54,683 nucleotides of DNA from an uncultured bacterium (GCA_965552135.1 CBEVQY010000018.1:1-54683); one strand, 5' to 3'; positions 27,296 through 37,879 are shown, counted from the stretch's first letter. Notes: generated by a model not told the origin, from the letters alone. Program-made: numbers and translations.

Positions 27296-28753
27296 ATGAG
27301 GCGTGTTTGGCTTCTGGCGCTGTGTGTAGCTTTGTGTTTCGGGCAGGTTTCGATCTCGCCGCGGAGGGTGAAGCTTGAGGGAGGAGAGTGCACCTACGCG
27401 GAGTTTCCGTGCGTCGCGGCGGTGTTTTTCGACTCCGGCTCGGACGTCGTTCACGAGCGGTTCGACGGCTTTCTCCGCGAGGTTGTGCGTCGTCTTTCGC
27501 AGAACCCCGACGTTGTGGTTGAGGTCCGCGGCTACTATCACCCTGCGGGCGACGGCGCCTTAGGCTCGGCTGATCTGGCGACCCGTCGCGCAAAGTCGGT
27601 GCGGGAGAGGATGCTTGCCTTCGACGCTTCTGTTGCGGAGCGCGTTTTGGTTCAGCCGTCGGTTGATCCCACGGCGCTGCGGCGCGGTCAGCTCAACTCC
27701 CTCGACGCCAAGATCCAGCAGGAGAACCAGCGCGCGGAGCTTTCGGCGCGGTGCATCGAGGAGATCAGGGTCGATGCCGCCTCCCCCGACGACCTCCTCG
27801 ACAGGCTGCACGAGGGGAGCACGCTCTACCGCATCGAGCGGACCCTCCTTGACAACCCTTTGGTCGTTGGCGTCGTCTTCGGCGACAACATCTGCTCGAA
27901 GGGCGCGACGGGCGTGGGCTACAAGGTCCTCGACGAGTTGCGCTCGAGGCTTGTCAAGAGGCTTTCGCCCGCGGCGGCGGAGAGGATCTACATCGCCCTG
28001 CGCTGGACCGAGTCGGGGGCGAAGGGATATTCGTTCGTCCTTACGGCAGAGCCCCTTTCGGAAAAGCCCTTCGGCTTTGGCGGCGCAAGCGGCTTTGGCG
28101 GCACGAACCCCGTTGAGGTCGACGCAGAAGGTACCGAGCCCTTGGAGCTTGCCCTCTTCCGCTGCGACGGGCTTTGCGCCGTGGGCTTTGGCGCAGATGA
28201 CCGCGCCGCCGTGCGGATCGAGGATCTGCCGTCGCCTCTTTGGAGCTACAGGGCGTCTGCGCTTGTGAGGACCCCCGCGGGACACGCGGAGCGGCTTTGG
28301 AGCAAGCCGCTCGAGTTCAAGCTTGGTGAGGAGGTCTCGTGCAGCGAGCGTTTGGTTTTGGCGCTTTATCGGCTCGATCAGCTTTCCGCGCCTCAGTCTC
28401 CCGCGGTTTGCGCTGCCCGCGACGCCATCGCCAGACACATCGCGCGCCTCGCGAGAAAGAACGCGGTCTCCGTCGTCGTAAGCGGACACACAGACGACAT
28501 CGGCGACGACGAGAAAAGCCGTCAGATGTCACTGTTTTGGGCGGAGCGCGAGAGGGAGATCCTTGCGGGGCTTGTTGCGTTCTACCTTGGCGTTGCCCCG
28601 CAAAAGCTTTCGGACGCAGGGGTCGAGCTTTCGGCGGTTGGCAGGGCTTATGCGGTTCCCGCGGCAGCGGGCTCCCTCAGAGCGGATGGCTCAACCCCCG
28701 AGGGGCGGTGCGCCCTAAGACGCGTCGAGGTCGAAATCTCGCTTAGAAGGTGA
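27296..28753 (+). CDS. Exported protein with two OmpA-like peptidoglycan-binding domains
   Basis: Signal peptide. Domain 1: VFFDSGS...VEVRGY...LATRRAKSV...NQRAEL. Domain 2: VSGHTDDIG...TPEGRCALRRVEV. Confidence 0.7.
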   Translation: MRRVWLLALCVALCFGQVSISPRRVKLEGGECTYAEFPCVAAVFFDSGSDVVHERFDGFLREVVRRLSQNPDVVVEVRGYYHPAGDGALGSADLATRRAKSVRERMLAFDASVAERVLVQPSVDPTALRRGQLNSLDAKIQQENQRAELSARCIEEIRVDAASPDDLLDRLHEGSTLYRIERTLLDNPLVVGVVFGDNICSKGATGVGYKVLDELRSRLVKRLSPAAAERIYIALRWTESGAKGYSFVLTAEPLSEKPFGFGGASGFGGTNPVEVDAEGTEPLELALFRCDGLCAVGFGADDRAAVRIEDLPSPLWSYRASALVRTPAGHAERLWSKPLEFKLGEEVSCSERLVLALYRLDQLSAPQSPAVCAARDAIARHIARLARKNAVSVVVSGHTDDIGDDEKSRQMSLFWAEREREILAGLVAFYLGVAPQKLSDAGVELSAVGRAYAVPAAAGSLRADGSTPEGRCALRRVEVEISLRR

Positions 28754-29952
28754 AGGACAGGGTCGACATAGGCGTCGTAAGGTACGGCGATGTCATCGCG
28801 GAGCTTGGTGGCGACAGCCTGAAGTTCGACATCCCTTCGGGCTATACGGCGCAGTTTGAGTATGCGCTCCGCGGCTGGAGGGTTTTGTGCATTGGTCGCC
28901 GCGACAGGAGAGCGAGCGCAAGGACCAATGATAAGGTCCTCGAGGTCGTTCCAACGGCGCTCGTAAAGCCCAGGATGAGGCGATGGCTCAACAGACTTTA
29001 CTATGAGTTCCTCTTCATTCCCCGGATGCTGAGCAGATACAGCCCCAGGGTTGTGATCTCGGTTGGGCATTCGTACGACCACACCGGGGCGCACCTATAC
29101 GCTGCGGCGAGGGACGTAAAGCACATCGTTGTCGTCAACTACAACCTCTTCTGGCGCGACAATCCGGTAAAGAGGCTTTTTCAGCAGAGCATAAGGTGGG
29201 TGGTCAACGATGTCCGCAGGACCGTCGTTTTGAGCAACGGCAAGTTTCCCATCGAGGAGCTTGAGCGCGCGGGCTGCCGCACCGACGGCGTCATCGAGTA
29301 TCGCCCGTACTACCCGCCCGATTACTTCACCGAGGTCGAGGTGGAGCCGCTCTTCTACGACGAGAACGTCTTCCGCGTGCTTTTCGTCGGCAGGTTCGAC
29401 GGCACCAAGGGAGAGCTCGATTTCGTCGATGTCGCAGGCGCTCTGGCGGGAGAGATGCCCGACGCCGTGTTTATCATGATCGGCGACGGAACGACCCGCC
29501 CTGCGGTGGAGCGGAAGGTAAAGGGGCTTGGTCTTGAGGGGAGGGTCGTCCTTCTGGGAATGAAGCCCAGCAACACGATTTATACGTACATGTCGCGAAG
29601 CGACGTCGTTTTGGTGCTCTCCCACCTCGAGGGTCTGGGTAAGGTTTTGATCGAGGCTAAGATGGCTGGCGCACCGACCATAGCTTACTACTCCGGCGGG
29701 CTCAAGTACCTTATCGATGACGGCTTCGACGGCATCTACGCCCCCAAGGGCGACTGGCGCGACGTGGCAAAAAAGCTTCTTTTGCTCTATCGGGACCCCG
29801 AGCTCAGGCGCCGCCTTGGGGAAAACGCCAGAAAAACGAGGGAAAAATACACGAGGTTCGAGGAGTCATTTGGCTACAAGCTCAGGCGTTGCATCGAAGG
29901 GATTTTAGGAGGAGGACAAGATGTGCAAGGAGTGCGGCTGTGGCGATTTTGA
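28750..29952 (+). CDS. Glycosyltransferase family 4 (GT-B)
   Basis: LFVGRF...KG, IGDG, SDVVLVLSHLEGLGKVLIEA..AG.P, R.RLGENAR. Confidence 0.9.
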   Translation: MKDRVDIGVVRYGDVIAELGGDSLKFDIPSGYTAQFEYALRGWRVLCIGRRDRRASARTNDKVLEVVPTALVKPRMRRWLNRLYYEFLFIPRMLSRYSPRVVISVGHSYDHTGAHLYAAARDVKHIVVVNYNLFWRDNPVKRLFQQSIRWVVNDVRRTVVLSNGKFPIEELERAGCRTDGVIEYRPYYPPDYFTEVEVEPLFYDENVFRVLFVGRFDGTKGELDFVDVAGALAGEMPDAVFIMIGDGTTRPAVERKVKGLGLEGRVVLLGMKPSNTIYTYMSRSDVVLVLSHLEGLGKVLIEAKMAGAPTIAYYSGGLKYLIDDGFDGIYAPKGDWRDVAKKLLLLYRDPELRRRLGENARKTREKYTRFEESFGYKLRRCIEGILGGGQDVQGVRLWRF

Positions 29953-30625
29953 GGCGCAGGCTGGTGTCGAGGTCGTTTCGGTGGGGAGGGAGGTTCTCGA
30001 GGAGAACTCGAAGTACGCTGCCCACAACAGGGAGCACGTGGAGAAGCACGGGGTCGTTATGTTCAACATAGTCGGCTCCCCCGGCTCGGGCAAGACGACA
30101 CTCCTTGAGAGGACCATCCCTGCGCTTCGGGAGGAGTTTAAGATCGCGGTGATCGAGGGTGATCTCGAGACGAGCCGCGACAAGGAGCGCATCGACGCCC
30201 TTGACGTCCCCTGCTATCAGATAAACACCCACGGCGCGTGCCATCTCGACGCCAAGATGGTCCACCACGCGCTCCACGAGCTTGGGATCGACTCGTCCTT
30301 CGACATAGTCTTCATCGAGAACGTGGGCAATCTCATCTGTCCCGCCGACTTCCCGCTGGGCGAGGACTTTCGCGTCGTCGTCCTCTCGGTGCCCGAGGGC
30401 GACGACAAGCCCGAAAAATACCCGACCATCTTCCACGGCTCCGACGTCGTCGTGTTGACGAAGACTGATCTTTTGCCGCACCTTTCCTTCGACGTCGACG
30501 CCTGCCGAAGCCGAAGCTACCGCGTCAACCCCAAGGCTAAGTTCATTCCGTTCTCCGCCGTAAGCGGCGAGGGTTTGGAGCAGTGGCTTTCGTGGGTCAG
30601 GTGGGCGGCGAAGTCGCCGAGGTGA
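29921..30625 (+). CDS. hypB: Hydrogenase nickel incorporation GTPase HypB
   Basis: MCKECGC, GSPGSGKT, IEGD, ACHLDA, ENVGNLICP, EGDDKPEKYP, TKTDL. Confidence 0.96.
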   Translation: MCKECGCGDFEAQAGVEVVSVGREVLEENSKYAAHNREHVEKHGVVMFNIVGSPGSGKTTLLERTIPALREEFKIAVIEGDLETSRDKERIDALDVPCYQINTHGACHLDAKMVHHALHELGIDSSFDIVFIENVGNLICPADFPLGEDFRVVVLSVPEGDDKPEKYPTIFHGSDVVVLTKTDLLPHLSFDVDACRSRSYRVNPKAKFIPFSAVSGEGLEQWLSWVRWAAKSPR

Positions 30626-30630
30626 CATCG

Positions 30631-31596
30631 ATGGAAGTTGTGGAGTACACCGACGACCTCCGCGGCGTTTGGGACGACTTCGTCGAGAAGGCGAACAACG
30701 GAACTCTGTTTGCCCTTCAGAGCTTCTTCGACTACCATCCGCCCGACCGTTTTCGGCACAGGCATCTTCTTTTCTACAAAGGGGGTCGTCTTGTGGCGCT
30801 TTTGCCCGCGGCTGAGGTCGAAAGGGAGGGTGAGCTTTTTTTGGTTTCCCATCCCGGTGCGTCGTTTGACGGTTTTCTGGTTCGCGTGCGCGGTGGCGTG
30901 CGCGAGGCTTTCGACCTCGTCGATGCCGCGGCAGATTACGCGAAAAAAGCGGGCTTTGGTGGTCTGGAGGTGACGCTGCCGCCCTGGGTGTACTACCGTT
31001 TCCCCGAGGATCACGTGGATTTCGCCCTCTTCGCCCGCGGAGCGAGGTACCGCAAAAGGGAGCTTACCGCGGTTTTGCCTCTGAAGGGCTCCTTCGAGGA
31101 GAACCTCGCACTGTTTCGACCGACGGCGAGGACAGCCATGCGCAAAGCTCTGCGCGCGGGCGTCGAGGTAAGGGAATCGGAGGATTTCGAGGCGTTTTAT
31201 CGCATCCTGGAGGAAAACCTCTCCCTGCGGCACGGCGTGAGCCCAACCCACACGCTTGACGAGCTGCAACGCCTTGCGGAGCTTCTGCCCGGCAGAATAA
31301 GACTTTTCGCCGCATTCCTCGGGGAGGAGATGATAGCTGGAACGGTTCTTTTCGTCTGCAATCCACGCGCGCTGCTCGCCTTCTACATCAGCCAGGACTA
31401 CAGCCATCAAAGCCTTCGCCCCCTCAACCTGCTTTTCGCGAGGGTCGTGGAGTGGGGGATAGGTGAGGGCTTTAGTTGGCTCGATTTCGGCACGTACACG
31501 CTTATGGGCGTTCCGAACTTCGGCTTGGCGCGCTTCAAGGAGTCGCTGGGCGCGAAGGGGATTTTTCGCAAAACGATAGTCCTGCCCCTGCGCTGA
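30631..31596 (+). CDS. FemAB-like GNAT N-acetyltransferase
   Basis: WDDFV....NGT.F...FFDYH, R.AMRKA...GV, HG.SPTH, LDFG, GLARFKESLGA. Confidence 0.8.
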   Translation: MEVVEYTDDLRGVWDDFVEKANNGTLFALQSFFDYHPPDRFRHRHLLFYKGGRLVALLPAAEVEREGELFLVSHPGASFDGFLVRVRGGVREAFDLVDAAADYAKKAGFGGLEVTLPPWVYYRFPEDHVDFALFARGARYRKRELTAVLPLKGSFEENLALFRPTARTAMRKALRAGVEVRESEDFEAFYRILEENLSLRHGVSPTHTLDELQRLAELLPGRIRLFAAFLGEEMIAGTVLFVCNPRALLAFYISQDYSHQSLRPLNLLFARVVEWGIGEGFSWLDFGTYTLMGVPNFGLARFKESLGAKGIFRKTIVLPLR

Positions 31597-31600
31597 GAAC

Positions 31601-31674
<74 letters not shown>

Positions 31675-31724
31675 TCCCTCTAAGTTTATCCCCCATCGGA
31701 CGTTGTGTCAACACATTTTCTTCG

Positions 31725-33011
31725 TCAGCGTCCCCTCGTAAGCTGCGCAAGGAGCGCTTCGAGTCTGTTCATAAGGACTTTGTTGAATCCCACGAAGAAC
31801 TCGACGACGACTCCGCGCTGGTCGGCTACGATCGTCTGTGGCGTTGCGCCGCCGTAGATGCGGGTGAACCTGCGGTGCGACTGCTTCGTCGGCATCACAA
31901 TGGGATAGGGGAGGTTGCGTTTGCGCGCAAAATCCTCGACCTTGTCCTCCTCGCCGAGGTCCACCGACACGCCCCACACCAAAACCCCCTGCGGGTGCGA
32001 CTCCACGAGGCGGGTGAGCCATTCTATCTCCTCCTCGCAGTGCTCGCAGTCGATGCTGAAGAAATGCAGCACCAGGGCTTTCCCGCAGGCGGAGTCGGCT
32101 GTGAGGATGTGCCCTGAAAGCACATCCTTAAGCTCCATTTTGGGCAGGGGTTTGCCTATTATTTGTCGGCGCTGCTGCGCCCATTTGCGCTGAAAGCCCT
32201 CCATCATGGCGCGCTTGCGGTATTCGCCCCAGTTTTCGAAGATATCGCCGAGCTTGGCTATGAGTGAATCTGCGGCTCCGGCGGTGTCGGCGGAGAGACG
32301 GAACGATATCGGGAACTTGAAGAACCCGTCCACAAGCTCGCACGTCAGGGAAACCCTCGCCGAACCCTTCGGCTTCATCTGGCACGCGACGACGTACCGT
32401 ATGCTGTCCACAAGCGCCCACTTCCGCATGACCTCATCGAGCGGGCGTTTGCCGTAGTTGCGGTCGGAGATTATGTGCTCCGTTATCATCACCGGGCTTG
32501 CCAGGGGGAGCCCGAGCTTACCTCGAGCTTTTGCGAAAAAGCCCTTCATAAGCTTGTCCGCCGCGGACCTGAGCGCAGAGCTTGGGGCGAAGATGGGCAA
32601 AAGCGTTATCGTCGAGTCGCTTATCGAAAGCCGCCTGCCGCGAATGATGCCCGTGAACTCTATCTTCACCACCTTGTGCTCCGGGTCGTTTGTGCTGAGG
32701 AGGATCGACTTTTTCTCGGTTTTTTCTGTGTCTGGGGCGTAGTAGACCCACGCTATTGCGGCGCTGTCGCCGGGCGCTATGGTGTCGGGCACGGCGCCCT
32801 CAAACTCGATGCAATCGCACCCCGAGCGCACCGTCACCTCAAGCGGCGCATCCCCACGGTTTATGATCCAAATTGTGTCGGCAACCGACTCGCTGGGCAT
32901 AAGGACACCAAGCTCGACGCGCTCGGGCGAAAGCTCAAGCGACGGCGACTTCGCACACGATGTCGTCATCACGGCGACGAAGATTATGGCTAAGGCGTTC
33001 CTCAGGCGCAT
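31725..33011 (-). CDS. Lipoprotein with DUF1573-like Ig domain and C-terminal TlpA/redoxin domain
   Basis: Lipobox TSC, N.GDAPL...SGCDC...STNDP, and redoxin LHFFSIDCEHCEEE...TPQT...D..G. Confidence 0.75.
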   Translation of the reverse strand: MRLRNALAIIFVAVMTTSCAKSPSLELSPERVELGVLMPSESVADTIWIINRGDAPLEVTVRSGCDCIEFEGAVPDTIAPGDSAAIAWVYYAPDTEKTEKKSILLSTNDPEHKVVKIEFTGIIRGRRLSISDSTITLLPIFAPSSALRSAADKLMKGFFAKARGKLGLPLASPVMITEHIISDRNYGKRPLDEVMRKWALVDSIRYVVACQMKPKGSARVSLTCELVDGFFKFPISFRLSADTAGAADSLIAKLGDIFENWGEYRKRAMMEGFQRKWAQQRRQIIGKPLPKMELKDVLSGHILTADSACGKALVLHFFSIDCEHCEEEIEWLTRLVESHPQGVLVWGVSVDLGEEDKVEDFARKRNLPYPIVMPTKQSHRRFTRIYGGATPQTIVADQRGVVVEFFVGFNKVLMNRLEALLAQLTRGR

Positions 33012-33023
33012 GGTGCCTCCCCC

Positions 33024-34790
33024 TTATTCCGAAAGCATAAGCGTTGTCTCCTCCTCGGAGAAGACCCATCTTCCGCACCCCGGCGGCGCGCTTTTGTCGG
33101 GGAAGTAGCCGCCGAGGCTCGCGCTGTATCCGAACAGGTGGGGCACTGCAGAGCCTGCGCCAAGCTCGTCCGCAAAAGTCCGCCTCGAAAGCCCGCCCAC
33201 AAGGTTCCAGCCGCGGCGGAGGTGTATCTCAAGCTCCGTTATCGGGTTCCCGCACAGGACGGCGAACGTGTCGGTCGGGCAGAGCACGAAGTAACCCACC
33301 CCTGGCACAAGCGTGTCGACCGGGACGAATGTGCTGCAGCTGAAGGTGTATACCGGAGGTATGATCGGCAGAGCTTCCGCAGGCACCGTATCAGCTACCG
33401 GCAGCGCTATGAGGTTCCATCCCGCCTCGAGGATCAGGACGGCGGTATCGTTTGCGGGGTATGCTGCCGCGGCTTTGGCGTCTATTATGCCCCATCCGAT
33501 GTCGTTGTTTGGCGCAGTTGGGTTCGACGCCGTCATCCGCAGGGAACGGCGCAGGGCGATGGGGTCAAGCGATGGTTTGATCTGCAGCAGCAGTGCGCCC
33601 ACGCCGGCTGCGATGGGAGTTGCCGCGGAGGTGCCGCTGCCGTATCTGAAGCCATCGTCGCTCATCCCGTCGGCGCCGTAGGCTGTGACTCCCAGGGCGA
33701 GGATGTCGGGCTTTGTCCTTCCGTCCGCCGTTGGTCCCCTCGACGAGAACGCCGCGCGAAATCCCTCCTCGTCGCAGGCGCCAACGGTTACGACGCTGTC
33801 GCCGTCGCCCGGGGCGGTGAGCGTTCCGTAGCCTGTGGCGCCGCTATTGCCCGCGGCAGCGAAGACCGCAATGCCCAAATATGCGGCTCTGTCGGCTGCG
33901 GCGGTTATGACCGGCGTGTCGCCGTCCATGTCGGAGGGGAGGTACCAGTCGGAGTACCCCAGCGACACAGATATCACGTCGGCTCCCAGTGAGTCTGCCC
34001 ACTCCATCGCCGCGACCCAGTTGTCCTCCTCGGCGGGCGTTTCGCTTCCGATATCCTCCGTGCGCGCCAGGAGGAAGGACGCGCCGGGCGCAACTCCACA
34101 CATGACCCCATCGACTTTGCCGCCCAAAAGCGACCAGCAGAAGCTGCCGTGGCTCGGGACGCCCGCGGGATCGCCCTCCTGCCAGTCGACGACGGAGTCG
34201 CCGGAGACGAAGTCCCACGTCGCCACAACGTCGGCGCCGGCGAAGGCGATGTGATCAGGGTTGAAGCCCGTGTCGGTTATACACACCAAAACCCCATCCC
34301 CGTCGAAGCCAGCAGCGTGAAGCGGGGGGATGTTCTCCACCCAAAGCTGCTTTGCAGAAAGCCCGTATGCGGTATCCTCAGGGATCGGTTCTGGCTCGCG
34401 CCTGCCCAAAGCGACAGCCCTGACATCCTTTACGAAGGGCAGCCTCCGAATCTCGGCGATAACGGAGTCTTCGGCGACGACCGAGACGCCGTTGAACCAC
34501 CTCGTTGTGTGGATGATTTTCGCGCCCATTTGCTCTACGGCGCGGACGTATCCCTCCCACACGGGGAGGTCGCGCCAGTCGACGAGCCTTTCGGGCGGAA
34601 GGACCTTCGCGCGCCTCCTCAGGCACCGATCCGTCAGAGCTTGGCGAAAGCGAGCAAGGGCAGATACGCTGTCGGCGCGGCTTAGGAGGTGCTTGTCGGC
34701 GAAGAAAACCCAGTACTTCCCCCTTCCCGACGCTGCCGAAGCCAGAAGCGTCAGGGCAAACAAAACCTTTACAAAAGGCGTCCTCGTCAT
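33024..34790 (-). CDS. S8 (subtilisin-like) serine peptidase
   Basis: Catalytic motifs DTG, HG, AAGN and SGTSAATP. Prodomain YWVFF.DK...RWFNGVS. C-terminal GWNL repeats. Confidence 0.92.
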   Translation of the reverse strand: MTRTPFVKVLFALTLLASAASGRGKYWVFFADKHLLSRADSVSALARFRQALTDRCLRRRAKVLPPERLVDWRDLPVWEGYVRAVEQMGAKIIHTTRWFNGVSVVAEDSVIAEIRRLPFVKDVRAVALGRREPEPIPEDTAYGLSAKQLWVENIPPLHAAGFDGDGVLVCITDTGFNPDHIAFAGADVVATWDFVSGDSVVDWQEGDPAGVPSHGSFCWSLLGGKVDGVMCGVAPGASFLLARTEDIGSETPAEEDNWVAAMEWADSLGADVISVSLGYSDWYLPSDMDGDTPVITAAADRAAYLGIAVFAAAGNSGATGYGTLTAPGDGDSVVTVGACDEEGFRAAFSSRGPTADGRTKPDILALGVTAYGADGMSDDGFRYGSGTSAATPIAAGVGALLLQIKPSLDPIALRRSLRMTASNPTAPNNDIGWGIIDAKAAAAYPANDTAVLILEAGWNLIALPVADTVPAEALPIIPPVYTFSCSTFVPVDTLVPGVGYFVLCPTDTFAVLCGNPITELEIHLRRGWNLVGGLSRRTFADELGAGSAVPHLFGYSASLGGYFPDKSAPPGCGRWVFSEEETTLMLSE

Positions 34791-36940
34791 CTTCCCACCG
34801 TCACCTCGAACGTGGTTTCGGTTTTGTTTTCGGCTCTGTCTTCGGCGACGATCCGCAGGGTGTGCTTTCCGGTTCTAAGCGGTTTTCGGGGCAGCACGAG
34901 CACAACGTCCTCGTCGGGGTCGTATTCCGCCAGGACCCAGTCACCGTCGATCCATGCCTGTGGGAGGTTTTCTGCGCCGAAGCCCGAGAGGTCGTCGACG
35001 ACCGAGACGACCAGCGTGTCCCGCAAGACCCTGATGAGTTTCACCTCGGGCGGTTTTTTGTCCCACATGAGTGCAAAGCTTCCCAGCGCGCGCACCTTGG
35101 CGCGTATCTCCCTGCCGCGGTGCTTCGTGGGAACGTAGTGCCAGTCGTTCTTCCACCAGCGCACTATGCACAGCTTGCGCAGCGAGTCTGTGGGGATTGG
35201 GTTTTGCGCCGTGGGCTTGAAGACGAGCCTTGCGGGCTGCCTGAAGTAAAGCCACTCCGGCAGAAAATGGAAAAGCGGGCTTGCTATGTTTGCGCCTTGC
35301 ACCTCCTCGTACCAGTTGTAGAGCGCTTTGGGTTCTATGAGTGCATCTCCGGGCACGCGGACGGCGGCGTCCCAAAGGCGCTCCCTGTGGTGGCTTTCGC
35401 TCCAGCTGCCCATAAGGCAAAAAACGGGGCAGAACTCGCCAAGCCGCGCAAACGGAAAGTCCGGATCCCCGATGAAAACCTCAACCGCAGGGGACTGGAG
35501 GTTTCCGAGCTCCTCGTAGCTGTGACGCAAAAGCCACACGGTTGGAGAAAGCATCTGATATTCGATGGAGACCCCCAGTATGGCGAACTCCGGCACGCAG
35601 GGCGGCGGGACATCGAGCTTGACGAGGTAGTAGAGATAGTTGCCCAGGGCAAAGAGGGAGCACTGCTCCGATTTGTAACTTCGCTCCTCGGGCGTGCCGA
35701 GGATGAACGGGTAGATCTGTCTGTGCTGCAGCCCGACGGGCTTGAAGAAACCTCTCCTGCCTTCCACGGGGATGATCTTTTCGTCCTGTGCGATCGTCGT
35801 GAATGTTGTTTCGCCCTCGGGGCAGAACATTATGGCAACATCGTGCGGGTCGCCCATGACCTCGACGCAGAGGCGGTGCTCGTCGTCGTAGGTGAACTGG
35901 AGGCTTACGTCCTCCACTGGCGCTGGCACCACCGCAACTGATCCCGCGGCGCTGTTTTCGGCGAAGTCGGTTATCTCCCACTTGAGGATGTGAGGCTGCG
36001 GCGTAAGCGCGGCTGCGTCGATTATGCCGCCGTAAGGCTTGTTGCCGTAAAGCGGGGTGATGGCAAGCGAATCGGGCACGAAAAGCTTGTGGAACCTTGC
36101 GCCATACAGGTACTCCAGCCCGCCGTCGTAGAGGAAGCCCACATCGGCGCTCTCGGTGTACGAGAACGAGTCGTAGCGGCAATGATATATCGTTTCTCCG
36201 TCGATGGAAAGCGTCAGGGTTCGCGCGCCCAGATGGTTTGGGTTACCCTCCTCCGCGAGGTCGAAGAAGGCTACCGCGACCCCCACCTTCCCCCAGATCC
36301 TCACCGGCCGGCGGAGGCTTGTGTAATCGTCTCCGGGTTCCACGATAAGCGGCAGCAGGCTCTCCTCTATCCAGGCGTCTTGCGATATGGGGACCAGCGC
36401 AGCCTTCTCGATCGTTGGCGGGATGGTGTCGAGCGGTGTGAACCCCAGAAGCTGTGGGGCAACGGGCTTGTTGTTTTTGCGCCTCACCTCGAAGTGGAGG
36501 TGTGGGCGACCGCTCCCCGTGCCGCCGGTGTAGCCCAAAACGTCCCCAGCCCTAAACGAAAACTCACCCCTCCCGAAGAGTATCGACACCACCTGCGAGC
36601 GCGCCTCGTACTGCTTCTCCAGAACCTTTTTCTGCACGGGCTCGGCGAAGGACGATAGGTGACCGAAGACCGCCGTCAGAGTGTCGTCGAAGACGAAGTA
36701 GATCACCTTTCCGTACCCCCACGGCGATGTTGCGACCTTTTCGATCCAGCCGTCTGCGGGCGCGTATACCGGCGTACCGACGTGTGCACGCAAGTCTATT
36801 CCTGCGTGGAAGTGCCCCACGCGGAACTCGCCGAAGGTCGACGTGATAACCTGCTTCCCGGGCAGCAGTGGGTGGTATGCCGCCATCGCGCCCGTGACGA
36901 AAGCCGCCAAAGCGAGGGCTTTTGAGGCTCCCGAGGTCAT
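34787..36940 (-). CDS. M23 family metallopeptidase
   Basis: ATG at 36940 followed by a signal peptide. FGEFR.GHFHAGID, GYGK, HL, GGTG...PHLHFEVR. Confidence 0.88.
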   Translation of the reverse strand: MTSGASKALALAAFVTGAMAAYHPLLPGKQVITSTFGEFRVGHFHAGIDLRAHVGTPVYAPADGWIEKVATSPWGYGKVIYFVFDDTLTAVFGHLSSFAEPVQKKVLEKQYEARSQVVSILFGRGEFSFRAGDVLGYTGGTGSGRPHLHFEVRRKNNKPVAPQLLGFTPLDTIPPTIEKAALVPISQDAWIEESLLPLIVEPGDDYTSLRRPVRIWGKVGVAVAFFDLAEEGNPNHLGARTLTLSIDGETIYHCRYDSFSYTESADVGFLYDGGLEYLYGARFHKLFVPDSLAITPLYGNKPYGGIIDAAALTPQPHILKWEITDFAENSAAGSVAVVPAPVEDVSLQFTYDDEHRLCVEVMGDPHDVAIMFCPEGETTFTTIAQDEKIIPVEGRRGFFKPVGLQHRQIYPFILGTPEERSYKSEQCSLFALGNYLYYLVKLDVPPPCVPEFAILGVSIEYQMLSPTVWLLRHSYEELGNLQSPAVEVFIGDPDFPFARLGEFCPVFCLMGSWSESHHRERLWDAAVRVPGDALIEPKALYNWYEEVQGANIASPLFHFLPEWLYFRQPARLVFKPTAQNPIPTDSLRKLCIVRWWKNDWHYVPTKHRGREIRAKVRALGSFALMWDKKPPEVKLIRVLRDTLVVSVVDDLSGFGAENLPQAWIDGDWVLAEYDPDEDVVLVLPRKPLRTGKHTLRIVAEDRAENKTETTFEVTVGR

Positions 36941-37803
36941 TTGGGTCCGCCCGTCGATGTGCCGAAGCTGTAAGAGACCGAGACGGAGTGGTTCGTTCCA
37001 AGCTCGCCGTAGAGCGCTGCGGCGTAGTCTATTCGGAGCCTTTGCCATCTGAACCCCGCGCCGCAGGCAAGCGTCCGCGTGTCGTGTCCGACGGTGTAGC
37101 TTGCCCGCAGGAAGAGGGTGCGCACGGGCTTCGCCTCGACCGCAAAGACGCCACATCCCTTGAGCCTGTCGGGCTTTGTGTAGGAGAACCCGACGTCGGC
37201 GTAAGGCAGCTGGGCGATAAACCCCGCTCTGTAGGTCGTTGGAGGAGGGTAGAGCGCCTGCGCCATGGCTTCGCTTTCGCCGTAGTCGGTTACGGCTGCC
37301 CAGAGGTTCGCCCACCCGCGGCGAAGGCTTATCCCAGCCGATATGGTGTTTGCGTCGAGCGCCTCAAGGTGTAGCCTTTCGTGGATGTGTCTGCCCATGA
37401 CCCCGAGCGCAACCCCACCCCCGACCGATGCACCAAGCCCAAAGGCTGCGTTTACCCGGTGCGCGGAGAAGGTGTAGTCGGGCTCCTGCGTGGGGAAATC
37501 CCGCGCCTCGATTTCGGATGCGCCGCTTAGGTCTATTCTGGCGAACGCCACGATCCGCCCGAGTCGGTATGCGCCGCCGATGAAGTTGTCCACTGCGCCA
37601 AGCCAGCGGTATCTGACCCCCGCCTCGACGACGGATGCGCTCCCTGCGGCGAAGGCTGGGTTCGTCGTCGGGGAGGGCACCACGCTGCCCAGCGCGTCTT
37701 CGCGCGCGTCGGCGGGGAGCATAAGGTAGCTTGCGAAGGGTGTGCGCGAGTAGCTCGACTGCGCAAAAAGCGACGCTGCCAAAAAGACGAAAAGATACCG
37801 CAC
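36937..37803 (-). CDS. PorV/PorQ-like outer-membrane barrel
   Basis: GTG at 37803 with GGAGG RBS. YL.LPADARE.ALG...NPA, LRASY...GAGF....IDYA....ELG.NHSVS. Confidence 0.65.
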   Translation of the reverse strand: MRYLFVFLAASLFAQSSYSRTPFASYLMLPADAREDALGSVVPSPTTNPAFAAGSASVVEAGVRYRWLGAVDNFIGGAYRLGRIVAFARIDLSGASEIEARDFPTQEPDYTFSAHRVNAAFGLGASVGGGVALGVMGRHIHERLHLEALDANTISAGISLRRGWANLWAAVTDYGESEAMAQALYPPPTTYRAGFIAQLPYADVGFSYTKPDRLKGCGVFAVEAKPVRTLFLRASYTVGHDTRTLACGAGFRWQRLRIDYAAALYGELGTNHSVSVSYSFGTSTGGPK

Positions 37804-37879
37804 CAGAAAACCTCCGTATCTCCGAGCTGAAAAAATAAACTTCTGCAATCCCAGTCTGTCAAGCGCGTGAGGGGTGGGG

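Noticed and set aside
36941..37315. N-terminal extension of the M23 ORF given in the track (842 aa)
   Set aside because: It overlaps the PorV-like gene; ATG 36940 gives a signal peptide and a 4-nt stop/start overlap.
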